Shown: positions 20,964 through 29,357 of the stretch, in pieces | Position numbering within the stretch: position 1 is the stretch's first letter | Layout: each line of letters starts with the position of its first letter | Assembly: GCA_964369425.1 (NCBI GenBank) | Contig: CAYJGW010000006.1 | Coordinates: 5,396 to 69,395 of the forward strand | Direction: 5' to 3' | Length of the DNA: 64,000 nt | DNA from: an uncultured Lachnospiraceae bacterium | GTDB taxonomy: Bacteria > Bacillota > Clostridia > Lachnospirales > Lachnospiraceae | The notes under the pieces: generated by a model | Told to the model about the DNA's origin: nothing | Seen by the model: the letters and a program-made list of their open reading frames with translations, nothing else | Databases searched by the model: none | Position numbers and translations under genes: made by a program

Positions 20964-21980
20964 ATGATAATCGTATTAAAAACAATCGCAACAGATAATG
21001 ATGTAGAAAAAGTTATTGGAAAAATACATGCAAAAGGTTTAGACACACATCTAGTGAAGGGTGCTGGAAAGACAATTATAGGATTAATCGGAGATACTTC
21101 TAGAATTGATCCAAAATTGTTTGAAGTACTTGAAATCGTAGATAAAGTAATGCATGTGCAAGAACCATATAAATTGGCAAATCGTGCATTCCACCCAGAA
21201 GATTCTGTAATCGATGTAGGAGGAGTGAAAATAGGTGGAGAACATCTAGCGTTAATCGCAGGTCCTTGTTCGGTAGAATCGAAAGAGCAAGTAATGGAAG
21301 TTGCATTACAAGCAAAAGCAGCAGGAGCAACATTGTTAAGAGGTGGAGCATTCAAACCGAGAACAAGCCCTTACAGTTTCCAGGGAATGGGTGTTGACGG
21401 ACTAGATATCCTTTGCGAAGTAAAAAAAGAGACAGGAATGCCGATCGTATCGGAAATTATGTCTTCTGACTATTTAGAGGTATTTAACGAAAAGGTAGAC
21501 TTAATCCAAGTGGGTGCAAGAAATATGCAAAACTTTGAGTTGTTAAAGCGACTGGGAGAAGTGGATAAACCAATCTTGTTAAAGAGAGGATTGAACTCAA
21601 CATACGAAGAATGGATTATGTCAGCTGAGTATATCATGGCAGCAGGGAATAAAAATGTAATTCTTTGTGAGCGTGGAATTCGTACATTTGAATCCTACAC
21701 TAGAAATACATTAGACCTACAGTCTATTCCTGTGCTTAAAAAGTTAACTCACCTTCCAATCGTAATTGATCCAAGTCATGCAGGTGGAAAATGGTGGTTA
21801 GTGGAGCCAATGGCATATGCATCAGTAGCAGCAGGAGCAGATGGATTGATGATAGAAGTTCACAACGATCCAGAAAATGCACTTTGTGATGGAGCACAAT
21901 CATTGAAACCATCTAAATATGCAGAACTAGTAAAACGAATTGGAGAGATTGCGCCAGCATTTGGAAGAACAATCGGATAA
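20964..21980 (+). CDS. aroF: 3-deoxy-7-phosphoheptulonate (DAHP) synthase, type I-beta with an N-terminal ferredoxin-like regulatory domain
   Basis: N-terminal domain of about 70 aa (MIIVLK...HAKGL...) followed by the KDO8P/DAHPS-like core (LIAGPCSVES...LRGGAFKPRTSPYSFQG...DPSH). The ATG at 20964 follows GGAG. Confidence 0.87.
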   Translation: MIIVLKTIATDNDVEKVIGKIHAKGLDTHLVKGAGKTIIGLIGDTSRIDPKLFEVLEIVDKVMHVQEPYKLANRAFHPEDSVIDVGGVKIGGEHLALIAGPCSVESKEQVMEVALQAKAAGATLLRGGAFKPRTSPYSFQGMGVDGLDILCEVKKETGMPIVSEIMSSDYLEVFNEKVDLIQVGARNMQNFELLKRLGEVDKPILLKRGLNSTYEEWIMSAEYIMAAGNKNVILCERGIRTFESYTRNTLDLQSIPVLKKLTHLPIVIDPSHAGGKWWLVEPMAYASVAAGADGLMIEVHNDPENALCDGAQSLKPSKYAELVKRIGEIAPAFGRTIG

Positions 21981-22008
21981 GAGTACCATTTATGTAAGAA
22001 GAAATATT

Positions 22009-22050
22009 TGCCTTGCTTATCGCATGAAAGTGATAAGCAAGGCATTCTTG
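22009..22050 (+). terminator. strong hairpin between aroF and aroB (terminator or attenuator candidate)
   Basis: Perfect 13-bp stem, tgccttgcttatc (22009-22021) with gataagcaaggca (22032-22044), followed by ttctt. Confidence 0.5.
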
Positions 22051-22066
22051 AAAGTGAGGAGTTTAT

Positions 22067-23131
22067 ATGCGACAACTGAATGTAGATATCGGAGAGAGAA
22101 GTTACTCCATTTATATAGAAAATGGGTTATTGAAAAAGGCTAAGATTTACATAGAACAAGTCTATTCAGGAAAGAAAATCTTAATCATATCAGATGATAA
22201 TGTATATTCATTATATGGTGAAGGAATCAAGGAACAGTTAAGGGAAGGATACGAATGCCATTCTCATATTATTGAGCATGGAGAGCAGTCGAAATGTATG
22301 CAAACAGCAGCCCAAATTTATTCGACTTTGGCTAAATTAAATTTTTCGAGAAGTGATTTGATTATTGCACTAGGTGGTGGAGTAGTCGGAGACTTGGCAG
22401 GATTTGTAGCAGCAACATTTTTAAGAGGAATAAAATTCATACAGGTTCCTACTTCGCTATTGGCACAAGTAGATTCTTCTGTGGGAGGAAAAGTAGCAGT
22501 TGATATTCCAGAAGGAAAGAATCTAGTTGGTAACTTTTATCAGCCGATGATGGTACTTGTGGATCCAAGTGTTTTAAAAACACTTACTCCAAGATTTTTT
22601 AAAGATGGCATGGGCGAAGTAATCAAGTATGGGTGTATACAGAGTAAATCCTTATTCCAACAACTAAAGCAGATTGAGGATGTCAATCAGATAGAAGAAC
22701 AACAATTACTAGACATTATTTATGAGTGCATCGACTGTAAGAGAATGGTAGTCGAAGAAGATGAATTAGATTTAGGACTTCGCATGATTTTGAATTTTGG
22801 TCATACTCTTGGGCATGCAATAGAGCAATATGGAAACTTTGTTAAGGAAAGTCATGGGGAAGCAGTAGCAATTGGAATGTATCAAATCATGAGATTGGCA
22901 GCGAAAAAAGGACTAGTAAATCAGTCCGTTGTATCAGAAATCAAAAACATTTTGATTCAGTATGAATTGCCATATGAATGCGAGATTCCGATGGAATCCT
23001 TATTAAGTGCAATCAAAAAGGATAAGAAAAACATGAACAGTAGCTTAAACATCATCTTGATAAAAGAGATAGGAGAAGCTTATATCTATAAGACTAATAG
23101 CGAATTCTTTATAGAGGGGGAAGAAGCATGA
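22067..23131 (+). CDS. aroB: 3-dehydroquinate synthase
   Basis: GGGVVGDLAGFVAATFLRGI.FIQVPTSLLAQVDSSVGGK and the HTLGHAIE metal site; 354 aa. Confidence 0.9.
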   Translation: MRQLNVDIGERSYSIYIENGLLKKAKIYIEQVYSGKKILIISDDNVYSLYGEGIKEQLREGYECHSHIIEHGEQSKCMQTAAQIYSTLAKLNFSRSDLIIALGGGVVGDLAGFVAATFLRGIKFIQVPTSLLAQVDSSVGGKVAVDIPEGKNLVGNFYQPMMVLVDPSVLKTLTPRFFKDGMGEVIKYGCIQSKSLFQQLKQIEDVNQIEEQQLLDIIYECIDCKRMVVEEDELDLGLRMILNFGHTLGHAIEQYGNFVKESHGEAVAIGMYQIMRLAAKKGLVNQSVVSEIKNILIQYELPYECEIPMESLLSAIKKDKKNMNSSLNIILIKEIGEAYIYKTNSEFFIEGEEA

Positions 23132-23874
23132 GCGATATAACAGGAAAGATAGCCATAGTGACTGGCGCAGGAAAAGGAATCGGAAAAGAAACAGCACTTT
23201 TATTAGCGGAAGAAGGTGCTACAGCAGTAGTAGTATCTAGAACTAAGAGTGACTTAGATTCAGTCGTGGAAGAAATAGAAGCAAAGGGTGGAACAGGCTT
23301 TGCCGTTGTAGCAGACTTAACCGATGGAAATAGCGTACAATCAATGGTTGATGCAGTAATGAAGCAATATGGACGTATAGATATTCTTGTGAATAATGCA
23401 GGTGGATATCCAAAAGAAGTCTATGAAGGTAGAGAAAATCAAGCAATCAAAATTTGGGACTGGTCAGAAGAGCAATGGGATCAGATTATTAGGACAAATT
23501 TAAAGCCACCATTTCTATGCACAAATAAAATATCTCCAATCATGATGGAACAAAAAAGTGGAGATATTGTGAATGTATCATCTAGAATGGGAAGAATCGC
23601 ATCTCAGATGGGAGCTTATGCAGTAGCGAAAGGTGGAGTAGTTACACTTACAAAGACTTGTGGCATACAATTGCAAGAATATGGAGTACGTGTGAATTGC
23701 GTAGCACCTGGAATTGTAGATACACCAGGTCAAAGAGTATACAATCATTCAGTGGGACAAGATGAAATACAAATGGGTAGTGCAAAAGATGTACCAAGAG
23801 CTATCTTATATTTGTTAAAAGATGCCCCGAAAGTTATGACAGGGCAAACAATGGATTTATTTACAACAGTCTAG
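23128..23874 (+). CDS. SDR-family oxidoreductase
   Basis: TGAGKGIG cofactor motif, NNAG, and catalytic S...YAVAK (YxxxK). ATGA overlap with the aroB stop. Confidence 0.85.
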   Translation: MSDITGKIAIVTGAGKGIGKETALLLAEEGATAVVVSRTKSDLDSVVEEIEAKGGTGFAVVADLTDGNSVQSMVDAVMKQYGRIDILVNNAGGYPKEVYEGRENQAIKIWDWSEEQWDQIIRTNLKPPFLCTNKISPIMMEQKSGDIVNVSSRMGRIASQMGAYAVAKGGVVTLTKTCGIQLQEYGVRVNCVAPGIVDTPGQRVYNHSVGQDEIQMGSAKDVPRAILYLLKDAPKVMTGQTMDLFTTV

Positions 23875-23882
23875 TAGTATCG

Positions 23883-23908
23883 GCACCAGCATTCCGCTGG
23901 TGCTTTCT
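23883..23908 (+). terminator. intrinsic terminator after the SDR gene
   Basis: Stem gcaccagc (23883-23890) with gctggtgc (23896-23903), 5-nt loop, then tttct. Confidence 0.6.
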
Positions 23909-24023
23909 AAAAAATCAGAAGTATCAAAAGCCAAATTCTTGGCAAATATTCAATGAGAGAAGAGTTACGCCTCCAAAGTGGAAAAAGAGAAGAAAAGGGA
24001 AGTAAAAGTAGTGGTCGAGGCAG

Positions 24024-24132
24024 GGAAATTAAAGCGGATTACGTACTAGAGGGGAAAAGTGAATTCCAGTACGTAAAAGAAAAGCAAGAGCTAAGGAAAC
24101 TAAAGAGAAATTACGTACTGGAGGGGAAAAGT
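24024..24132. repeat. imperfect 38-nt direct repeat (two copies, offset 71-72 bp) carrying ATTACGTACT, with an inverted AGTACGTAAA copy between them
   Basis: 24024-24061 ggaaattaaagcggattacgtactagaggggaaaagtg versus 24095-24132 ggaaactaaagagaaattacgtactggaggggaaaagt. Third TACGTA core at 24070-24075. Confidence 0.8.
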
Positions 24133-24135
24133 AGA

Positions 24136-24989
24136 ATGGATAAATTTCAAGAATATTGTTGGAAAGCAGAAGAAAAGATAAGCAATGTAATGAAAAAAGC
24201 TAGAAAAGATATAGAAAGTTCACCAAAGGGAAGGTTATGAGTAGCCCGTAGCCATAATTCCATACAGTACTATGTTAAGGATGAGTGGGAGGATGGTCCA
24301 GGGAAATATATAAAGAAATCAGAAAGAGAATTAGCAGAGAAACTAGCTCAAAGAGATTATGCGACGAAGGTAGTTGGAGAATTGGAGAGAACAAAGAGGA
24401 TATTACAAAAATGTCAAACTATAATCCAGTTAAAAGATATTGCGAAATTTTATGAAGAACTACCAGTAGCTAGAAAACAGCTGGTTTCTCCGTATATTTT
24501 CCCTATAAATGAATATGTAGCAATGTGGGAAAAAATATGAAAAGCAGAAGGAGTCTCACAGAAACTATGAATATCGAAGAAGAACAAGGTTTTTTAACGG
24601 AAGGAGGAGAAGTTGTTAGATCAAAATCAGAAAAGATTATTGCGGATAAGCTTCACTCTATGAATATACCGTATGTCTATGAAGTGGTCGTGAAATTAGA
24701 AGGTCATGGAAAGGTGCACCCAGATTTTACAGTGTTAAACACAAGAACAAGAGAAGAATTTTATTGGGAACATTTAGGGATGATGGATCTACCCGAGTAT
24801 TCAAATAAGGCGATAAAAAAGATAGATACTTATGAGAAAAATGGTGTATTTGTAGGAAAGAAACTATTAGTGACATATGAAACAAGTTTCTATCCGCTAA
24901 ATATTAGAAGTATAGAAAGAACAATAAAAGAATACTTACTTAAAAGTAAGATACCAAGAGTAGAGTGCACCGATTGCACCGATAAGTGA
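24136..24989 (+). pseudogene. disrupted gene for a restriction-endonuclease-fold (PD-(D/E)xK-like) protein of about 285 aa
   Basis: ATG at 24136 follows GGAGGGG. The frame is interrupted by TGA at 24238-24240 but stays open to 24540. The C-terminal half (GEVVRSKSEKIIADKL...HPDFTVLN...YWEHLGM) is in another frame from 24525, and one extra A in the A6 run 24530-24535 would fuse the frames. Confidence 0.55.
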
Positions 24990-25084
24990 AAGGTAATAAT
25001 AAGTACGTAAATTTAAAGAGAAAACCAATGGAAGAGTAGGAATTTACGTATCAATAAGTGAAAGATGTTTGTATGTACGTAAAT
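24982..25084. repeat. imperfect 31-nt direct repeat (two copies, 72-bp offset) ending in GTACGTAAAT, with an inverted TTTACGTA copy between them
   Basis: 24982-25012 ataagtgaaaggtaataataagtacgtaaat versus 25054-25084 ataagtgaaagatgtttgtatgtacgtaaat. Central aatttacgta at 25041-25050. Confidence 0.8.
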
Positions 25085-25139
25085 GGGGTAGTGATTATGC
25101 AATTAAGTGGTTTGAGTTATAAATTTCATTAAAATTTAC

Positions 25140-25168
25140 TTGCACAAAAATAGTAAAATTGATACTAT
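25140..25168 (+). promoter_or_regulatory. promoter candidate for the GRE operon (TTGCAC-17-TACTAT)
   Basis: TTGCAC at 25140-25145 and TACTAT at 25163-25168, 35 nt upstream of the activase ATG. Confidence 0.4.
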
Positions 25169-25202
25169 TGATTTTAAAGAAATGCATTGCAAGAGGTGGA
25201 AA

Positions 25203-26111
25203 ATGCCCAAAATAACAAAAATTCAAAAGTATTCCATCCACGATGGTGATGGAATCCGAACCACTATATTTTTTAAAGGATGCCCATTAAAGTGCGGGTG
25301 GTGTCATAATCCAGAGACGATTAGTTATGAGAAGCAACTGATGTTTCGGACAGAGGATTGCGTTGGTTGTGGATCCTGTGAAACGGGGTGCAAGGAAAAG
25401 GCCATTAGTTTAAGAGATAATAAGGCGCAAACGAATGCCACAGATTGTGTTTTATGTGGAGAATGTCTTGATTATTGTATCAAAAACTTGCGTGAAATCA
25501 GTGGTGAAGAATATGACATTCAAACTTTGGTGGATGAAGTGAAAAAGGATCAAATGTTCTATGAAGATTCAGGCGGTGGGGTAACTTTATCTGGTGGAGA
25601 GGTTATGACAATGGATATGGACTACATAGAGCGTTTAGTGAAATCCTTGAATAGAGTAGGTATCAAAGTGAATATCGATACTTGTGGGCAAGCGCCATAT
25701 AGAAATTTTCAAAGGATATTGCCGTATGTGGATACCTTTCTTTATGATTTGAAGATTATGAATAATGACTTGCATAAAAAATATGTGGGGGTAGATAATA
25801 GCGTGATTTTAGATAATCTTATCAGCCTCTCAATGGAAAAAGCAAAGATATATCTGAGAATGCCAATTATTGAAGGTGTGAATGCGACGGAAGAAGAAAT
25901 GCAAGCCAAAATAGAGTTTTTGAAAGAGAATCGTATTAATTTTGAACAAATCAATCTATTACCTTATCACAATATTGGAAAAGGGAAGTACGAACAGTTA
26001 GGAATGGTGTATAATGGAGAAGAACTAGCGGAACCAACCGTTGAAAAATTAGAATTCTTTAAACAAAAATTAGAAAATTATGGATATCACAATGTGAAAA
26101 TAGGAGGCTAA
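25203..26111 (+). CDS. glycyl-radical enzyme activating protein (radical SAM with two ferredoxin-type clusters)
   Basis: SIHDGDGIRTTIFFKGCPLKCGWCHNPE (CX3CX2C) plus CVGCGSCETGC and CVLCGECLDYC. The ATG at 25203 follows GAGGTGG; the TTG 25140 extension is unlikely. Confidence 0.9.
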   Translation: MPKITKIQKYSIHDGDGIRTTIFFKGCPLKCGWCHNPETISYEKQLMFRTEDCVGCGSCETGCKEKAISLRDNKAQTNATDCVLCGECLDYCIKNLREISGEEYDIQTLVDEVKKDQMFYEDSGGGVTLSGGEVMTMDMDYIERLVKSLNRVGIKVNIDTCGQAPYRNFQRILPYVDTFLYDLKIMNNDLHKKYVGVDNSVILDNLISLSMEKAKIYLRMPIIEGVNATEEEMQAKIEFLKENRINFEQINLLPYHNIGKGKYEQLGMVYNGEELAEPTVEKLEFFKQKLENYGYHNVKIGG

Positions 26112-26115
26112 TCAG

Positions 26116-28491
26116 ATGGAAAGACGTGGAATGAATGAAAGAGTGAGGCGATTAAGAGACCTTAGTTTGGCAAGTGTAGCGCATATTGACATGGAAAGGG
26201 CAAAGATTGAAACAGCAGTATACAAGGAATACGAAGGAAGTGTATCGATTCCTATGTTAAGAGCGCTAGTTTTGAAAAACTATTTTGCAGAAAAGACACT
26301 TTACCTAGGTGAGGATGAATTAATCGTAGGGGAAAAAGGGGATGCGCCGCAATCAGCACCCACATTTCCAGAGATTTGCTGTCACACAATAGAAGACATG
26401 CACATTATGAATGATAGAGAGTTGATTAGCTTTAAAGTAAAAGAAGAGGATTATGCTTATCAAGCGAAAGAAATTATTCCTTATTGGGAAAGGCGCGCGG
26501 TTCGCAATAAAATTCTTAATAATATGACAGATGAGTGGAAAGAAGCATATGGAGCGGGAATCTTTACAGAATTTATGGAGCAGAGAGGTCCAGGACACAC
26601 AGTTGGCTCTCATGAATTCTATGAAAAGGGAATGCTTGATTATATCGCTGAAATTGAAGAAACTATTGAAAATCTGGATTTTTTAGAAGATGAAGAGGCG
26701 CTCAAAAGAAAAGAGCAACTAGAGGCAATGGCAGTTTCTTGCGAAGCATTGATTATACTTGGAGAGCGTTATGCAGCTTATGCGAGAGAGTTGGCAGAGC
26801 AAACAAAAGATGAAATCAGAAAAGAGGAATTGTTACAGATCGCAAAAAACTGCGATGTGGTACCGGCTCACAAACCACAAACTTATTGGCAAGCAATCCA
26901 ACAGTATTGGTTTATACACCTTGCTGTAACAACAGAATTGAATCCTTGGGATGCATTTTCTCCAGGTAGATTGGATCAACACTTGAATCCTTTCTATGAA
27001 GCAGACTTGAAAAATGAAATTCTTGATGATGAAAAAGCTTTGGAATTATTAGAGTGTCTATGGGTGAAGTTTAACAACCAACCATCGCCACCAAAGGTAG
27101 GGGTGACATTGAAAGAGAGCAGTACCTATACTGATTTTGCTAATATCAACACAGGTGGAATTGCAAGGGATGGTTCCAATGGAGTGAACAATGTTAGTTA
27201 TCTTATATTAGATTGCATGGATGAGATGCAGCTGCTCCAACCGAGTTCTAATGTACAAATCAGCAGAAAGACCCCTGAAAAATTCTTGCATAGAGCTTGT
27301 GAGATTTCGAGAAAAGGTTGGGGACAGCCAGCATTTTATAATACAGAAGCCATTGTACAAGAATTGATGAATGCTGGTAAAACTCTAGCAGATGCAAGAT
27401 GCGGTGGATCAAGTGGATGCATAGAGACTGGAGCTTTTGGAAATGAAGCGTATATTCTAACAGGTTACTTTAACATTCCTAAAATTTTTGAACTAACATT
27501 GAACAATGGCTATGACCATATAGCAAAAAAACAACTAGGGCTTGAATTAGGATCAGCAACAGATTTTGAAACTTATGAAGATCTTTGGGAAGCCTTTAAA
27601 AAGCAAATCGCATATTTCTTGGATATCAAGATTCAAGGGAGTAATGTAATCGAAAAAATCTATGCAACCTACATGCCAGTTCCATTTTTGTCCGTAATTA
27701 CTAACGATTGCATCAAAAAGGGAAGAGATTATAATGCAGGTGGGGCGAGATATAATGTAAATTATATTCAAGGTGTTGGAATTGGAACGATAACAGATTG
27801 TCTAAGTGCGATAAAATATAATATATTCGAAGAAAAGAAGTTTACAATGGAAGAATTGATGACTGCTATGAAAGATAATTTCGAAGGCCACGAGCGAATT
27901 CTGAATTTAGTAAAGAATCGTACACCTAAATACGGAAATGATGACGATTATGCAGATGAAATTATGAAATCTGTATTTATGTATTATAGAGATACGGTAA
28001 CAGGTAGAAAGAATACAAAAGGGGGAACTTATCGAATCAATATGTTGCCGACTACTTGTCATGTATACTTTGGGGAAGTGATGATGGCTAGTGCAAATGG
28101 AAGATTGGCTCACAAACCTGTATCGGAAGGGATATCGCCAGAAAAGGGTGCTGATGTAAATGGTCCGACTGCAGTGGTAAAATCAGCTTCAAAGATGGAT
28201 CACCTAACAACAGGGGGAACACTTTTGAATCAGAAGTTTACGCCAAGTGTAGTGGAAGGTGAACAAGGATTGAAGCATATGGGGAATCTGGTAAGATCAT
28301 ATTTCAATATGGATGGGCATCACATACAATTTAATGTTATTGATAGAGAAACACTATTAAAAGCACAACAAAAGCCCGAGGAGTATAAAGATTTAATTGT
28401 AAGAGTAGCTGGATATAGTGATCATTTTAGAAATTTGAGTAAAGAATTACAAGATGAAATAATTAATCGTACAGAGCAAAACTTTAACTAG
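26116..28491 (+). CDS. hypD: glycyl radical enzyme, probable trans-4-hydroxy-L-proline dehydratase
   Basis: 791 aa. Glycyl radical motif RVAGYS (Gly766, nt 28411-28413) and thiyl loop GCIE (Cys435/Glu437, Cys at nt 27418-27420). Flanked by its activase and by proC, which is the published HypD context. Confidence 0.75.
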   Translation: MERRGMNERVRRLRDLSLASVAHIDMERAKIETAVYKEYEGSVSIPMLRALVLKNYFAEKTLYLGEDELIVGEKGDAPQSAPTFPEICCHTIEDMHIMNDRELISFKVKEEDYAYQAKEIIPYWERRAVRNKILNNMTDEWKEAYGAGIFTEFMEQRGPGHTVGSHEFYEKGMLDYIAEIEETIENLDFLEDEEALKRKEQLEAMAVSCEALIILGERYAAYARELAEQTKDEIRKEELLQIAKNCDVVPAHKPQTYWQAIQQYWFIHLAVTTELNPWDAFSPGRLDQHLNPFYEADLKNEILDDEKALELLECLWVKFNNQPSPPKVGVTLKESSTYTDFANINTGGIARDGSNGVNNVSYLILDCMDEMQLLQPSSNVQISRKTPEKFLHRACEISRKGWGQPAFYNTEAIVQELMNAGKTLADARCGGSSGCIETGAFGNEAYILTGYFNIPKIFELTLNNGYDHIAKKQLGLELGSATDFETYEDLWEAFKKQIAYFLDIKIQGSNVIEKIYATYMPVPFLSVITNDCIKKGRDYNAGGARYNVNYIQGVGIGTITDCLSAIKYNIFEEKKFTMEELMTAMKDNFEGHERILNLVKNRTPKYGNDDDYADEIMKSVFMYYRDTVTGRKNTKGGTYRINMLPTTCHVYFGEVMMASANGRLAHKPVSEGISPEKGADVNGPTAVVKSASKMDHLTTGGTLLNQKFTPSVVEGEQGLKHMGNLVRSYFNMDGHHIQFNVIDRETLLKAQQKPEEYKDLIVRVAGYSDHFRNLSKELQDEIINRTEQNFN

Positions 28492-28507
28492 AAGAGGAGA
28501 TTGAAAG

Positions 28508-29302
28508 ATGAAATTAGGATTTATAGGATGTGGAAACATGGCTACTGCTATGCTTTCGGGAATTATAGCAAATGGGATTTGCACTAAAGAAGAAATTATT
28601 GCTTCAGACTTGATGGAAGTCAGCAGAGAGATTGCCAAACAGAATCTAAATATCCAAGTTACAGAATCGAATATAGAAGTGGCAAAAAAGGCAGAAATTA
28701 TTGTACTAGCGGTGAAGCCACAGTTTTATGAAGCTGCGATTAACGAGATTAAAGATAGTGTAACAGAGTCACAGATCATTGTAACTATCGCACCAGGAAA
28801 GACGTTAGAATGGTTAAAAGAAAAGTTTGGTAAAGAGATAAAGATTGTTCGTACGATGCCAAATACACCGGCTATGGTTATGGAAGGAATGACAGGAGCC
28901 TGTGCAAATGAAAATGTTACAAAAGAAGAATTAGATAAAGTTTGTAGGATTTTAAATGGATTTGGGAAGACAGAAGTAGTAAGCGAGCACTTAATGGATG
29001 TGGTGACTTGCACAAGCGGAAGTTCACCAGCATACGTATTTATGTTCATTGAAGCCATGGCAGATGCGGCAGTATCAGAAGGAATGCCACGCCAGCAAGC
29101 GTATAAAGTTGCAGCTCAAGCAGTGCTTGGAAGTGCAAAGATGGTATTAGAGACAGAGATGCATCCGGGGGCATTAAAAGATATGGTTTGTTCACCAGGT
29201 GGAACAACAATTGAAGCGGTAAGAGTGTTAGAAGAAAAAGGAATGAGAAGTTCGGTGTTTGAAGCCATGAAAGCTTGCGCGAAAAAGGCAAAAGGGATGT
29301 AG
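28508..29302 (+). CDS. proC: pyrroline-5-carboxylate reductase
   Basis: N-terminal Rossmann fold MKLGFIGCGNMA, then ...AVKPQ... and the C-terminal dimerisation domain SPGGTT; 264 aa. Confidence 0.9.
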   Translation: MKLGFIGCGNMATAMLSGIIANGICTKEEIIASDLMEVSREIAKQNLNIQVTESNIEVAKKAEIIVLAVKPQFYEAAINEIKDSVTESQIIVTIAPGKTLEWLKEKFGKEIKIVRTMPNTPAMVMEGMTGACANENVTKEELDKVCRILNGFGKTEVVSEHLMDVVTCTSGSSPAYVFMFIEAMADAAVSEGMPRQQAYKVAAQAVLGSAKMVLETEMHPGALKDMVCSPGGTTIEAVRVLEEKGMRSSVFEAMKACAKKAKGM

Positions 29303-29330
29303 TAAATCTCAACACGATAAGAAAAAAAGG

Positions 29331-29357
29331 GGGACAACTATAAAAAGTTGTCCCTTT
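29331..29357. terminator. bidirectional terminator between proC and the BFD-like gene
   Basis: Stem gggacaact (29331-29339) with agttgtccc (29346-29354); an A-run lies upstream and ttt downstream. Confidence 0.55.

Noticed and set aside
21940-22143. 67-aa ORF spanning the aroF-aroB gap
   Set aside because: It runs through the aroF 3' end, the 13-bp hairpin and the aroB 5' end in a different frame, and has no RBS.
23953-24135. N-terminal 61 codons of the 95-aa ORF (MREELRLQSGKREEKGSK...)
   Set aside because: The Lys/Glu/Gly-rich translation simply reflects the purine-rich repeat region. A much better start (GGAGGGG-N6-ATG) lies at 24136, where the recognisable protein begins.
24238-24240. 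In-frame TGA as possible selenocysteine or Trp recoding
   Set aside because: TGA is used as an ordinary stop elsewhere in the window, for example 3156-3158 and 23129-23131. I see no SECIS-like hairpin immediately downstream, and the same gene also carries a frameshift, so decay is the simpler explanation.
24024-25084. The periodic 72-bp repeats as a miniature CRISPR array
   Set aside because: There are only two copies per flank. The repeats are imperfect and differ between the two flanks, a protein-coding remnant lies between them, and there are no cas genes.
25140-25202. TTG-initiated 21-codon extension of the GRE activase
   Set aside because: The TTG coincides with the predicted -35 hexamer. 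The conserved activase N-terminus begins at the ATG at 25203, which has a good GAGGTGG Shine-Dalgarno.
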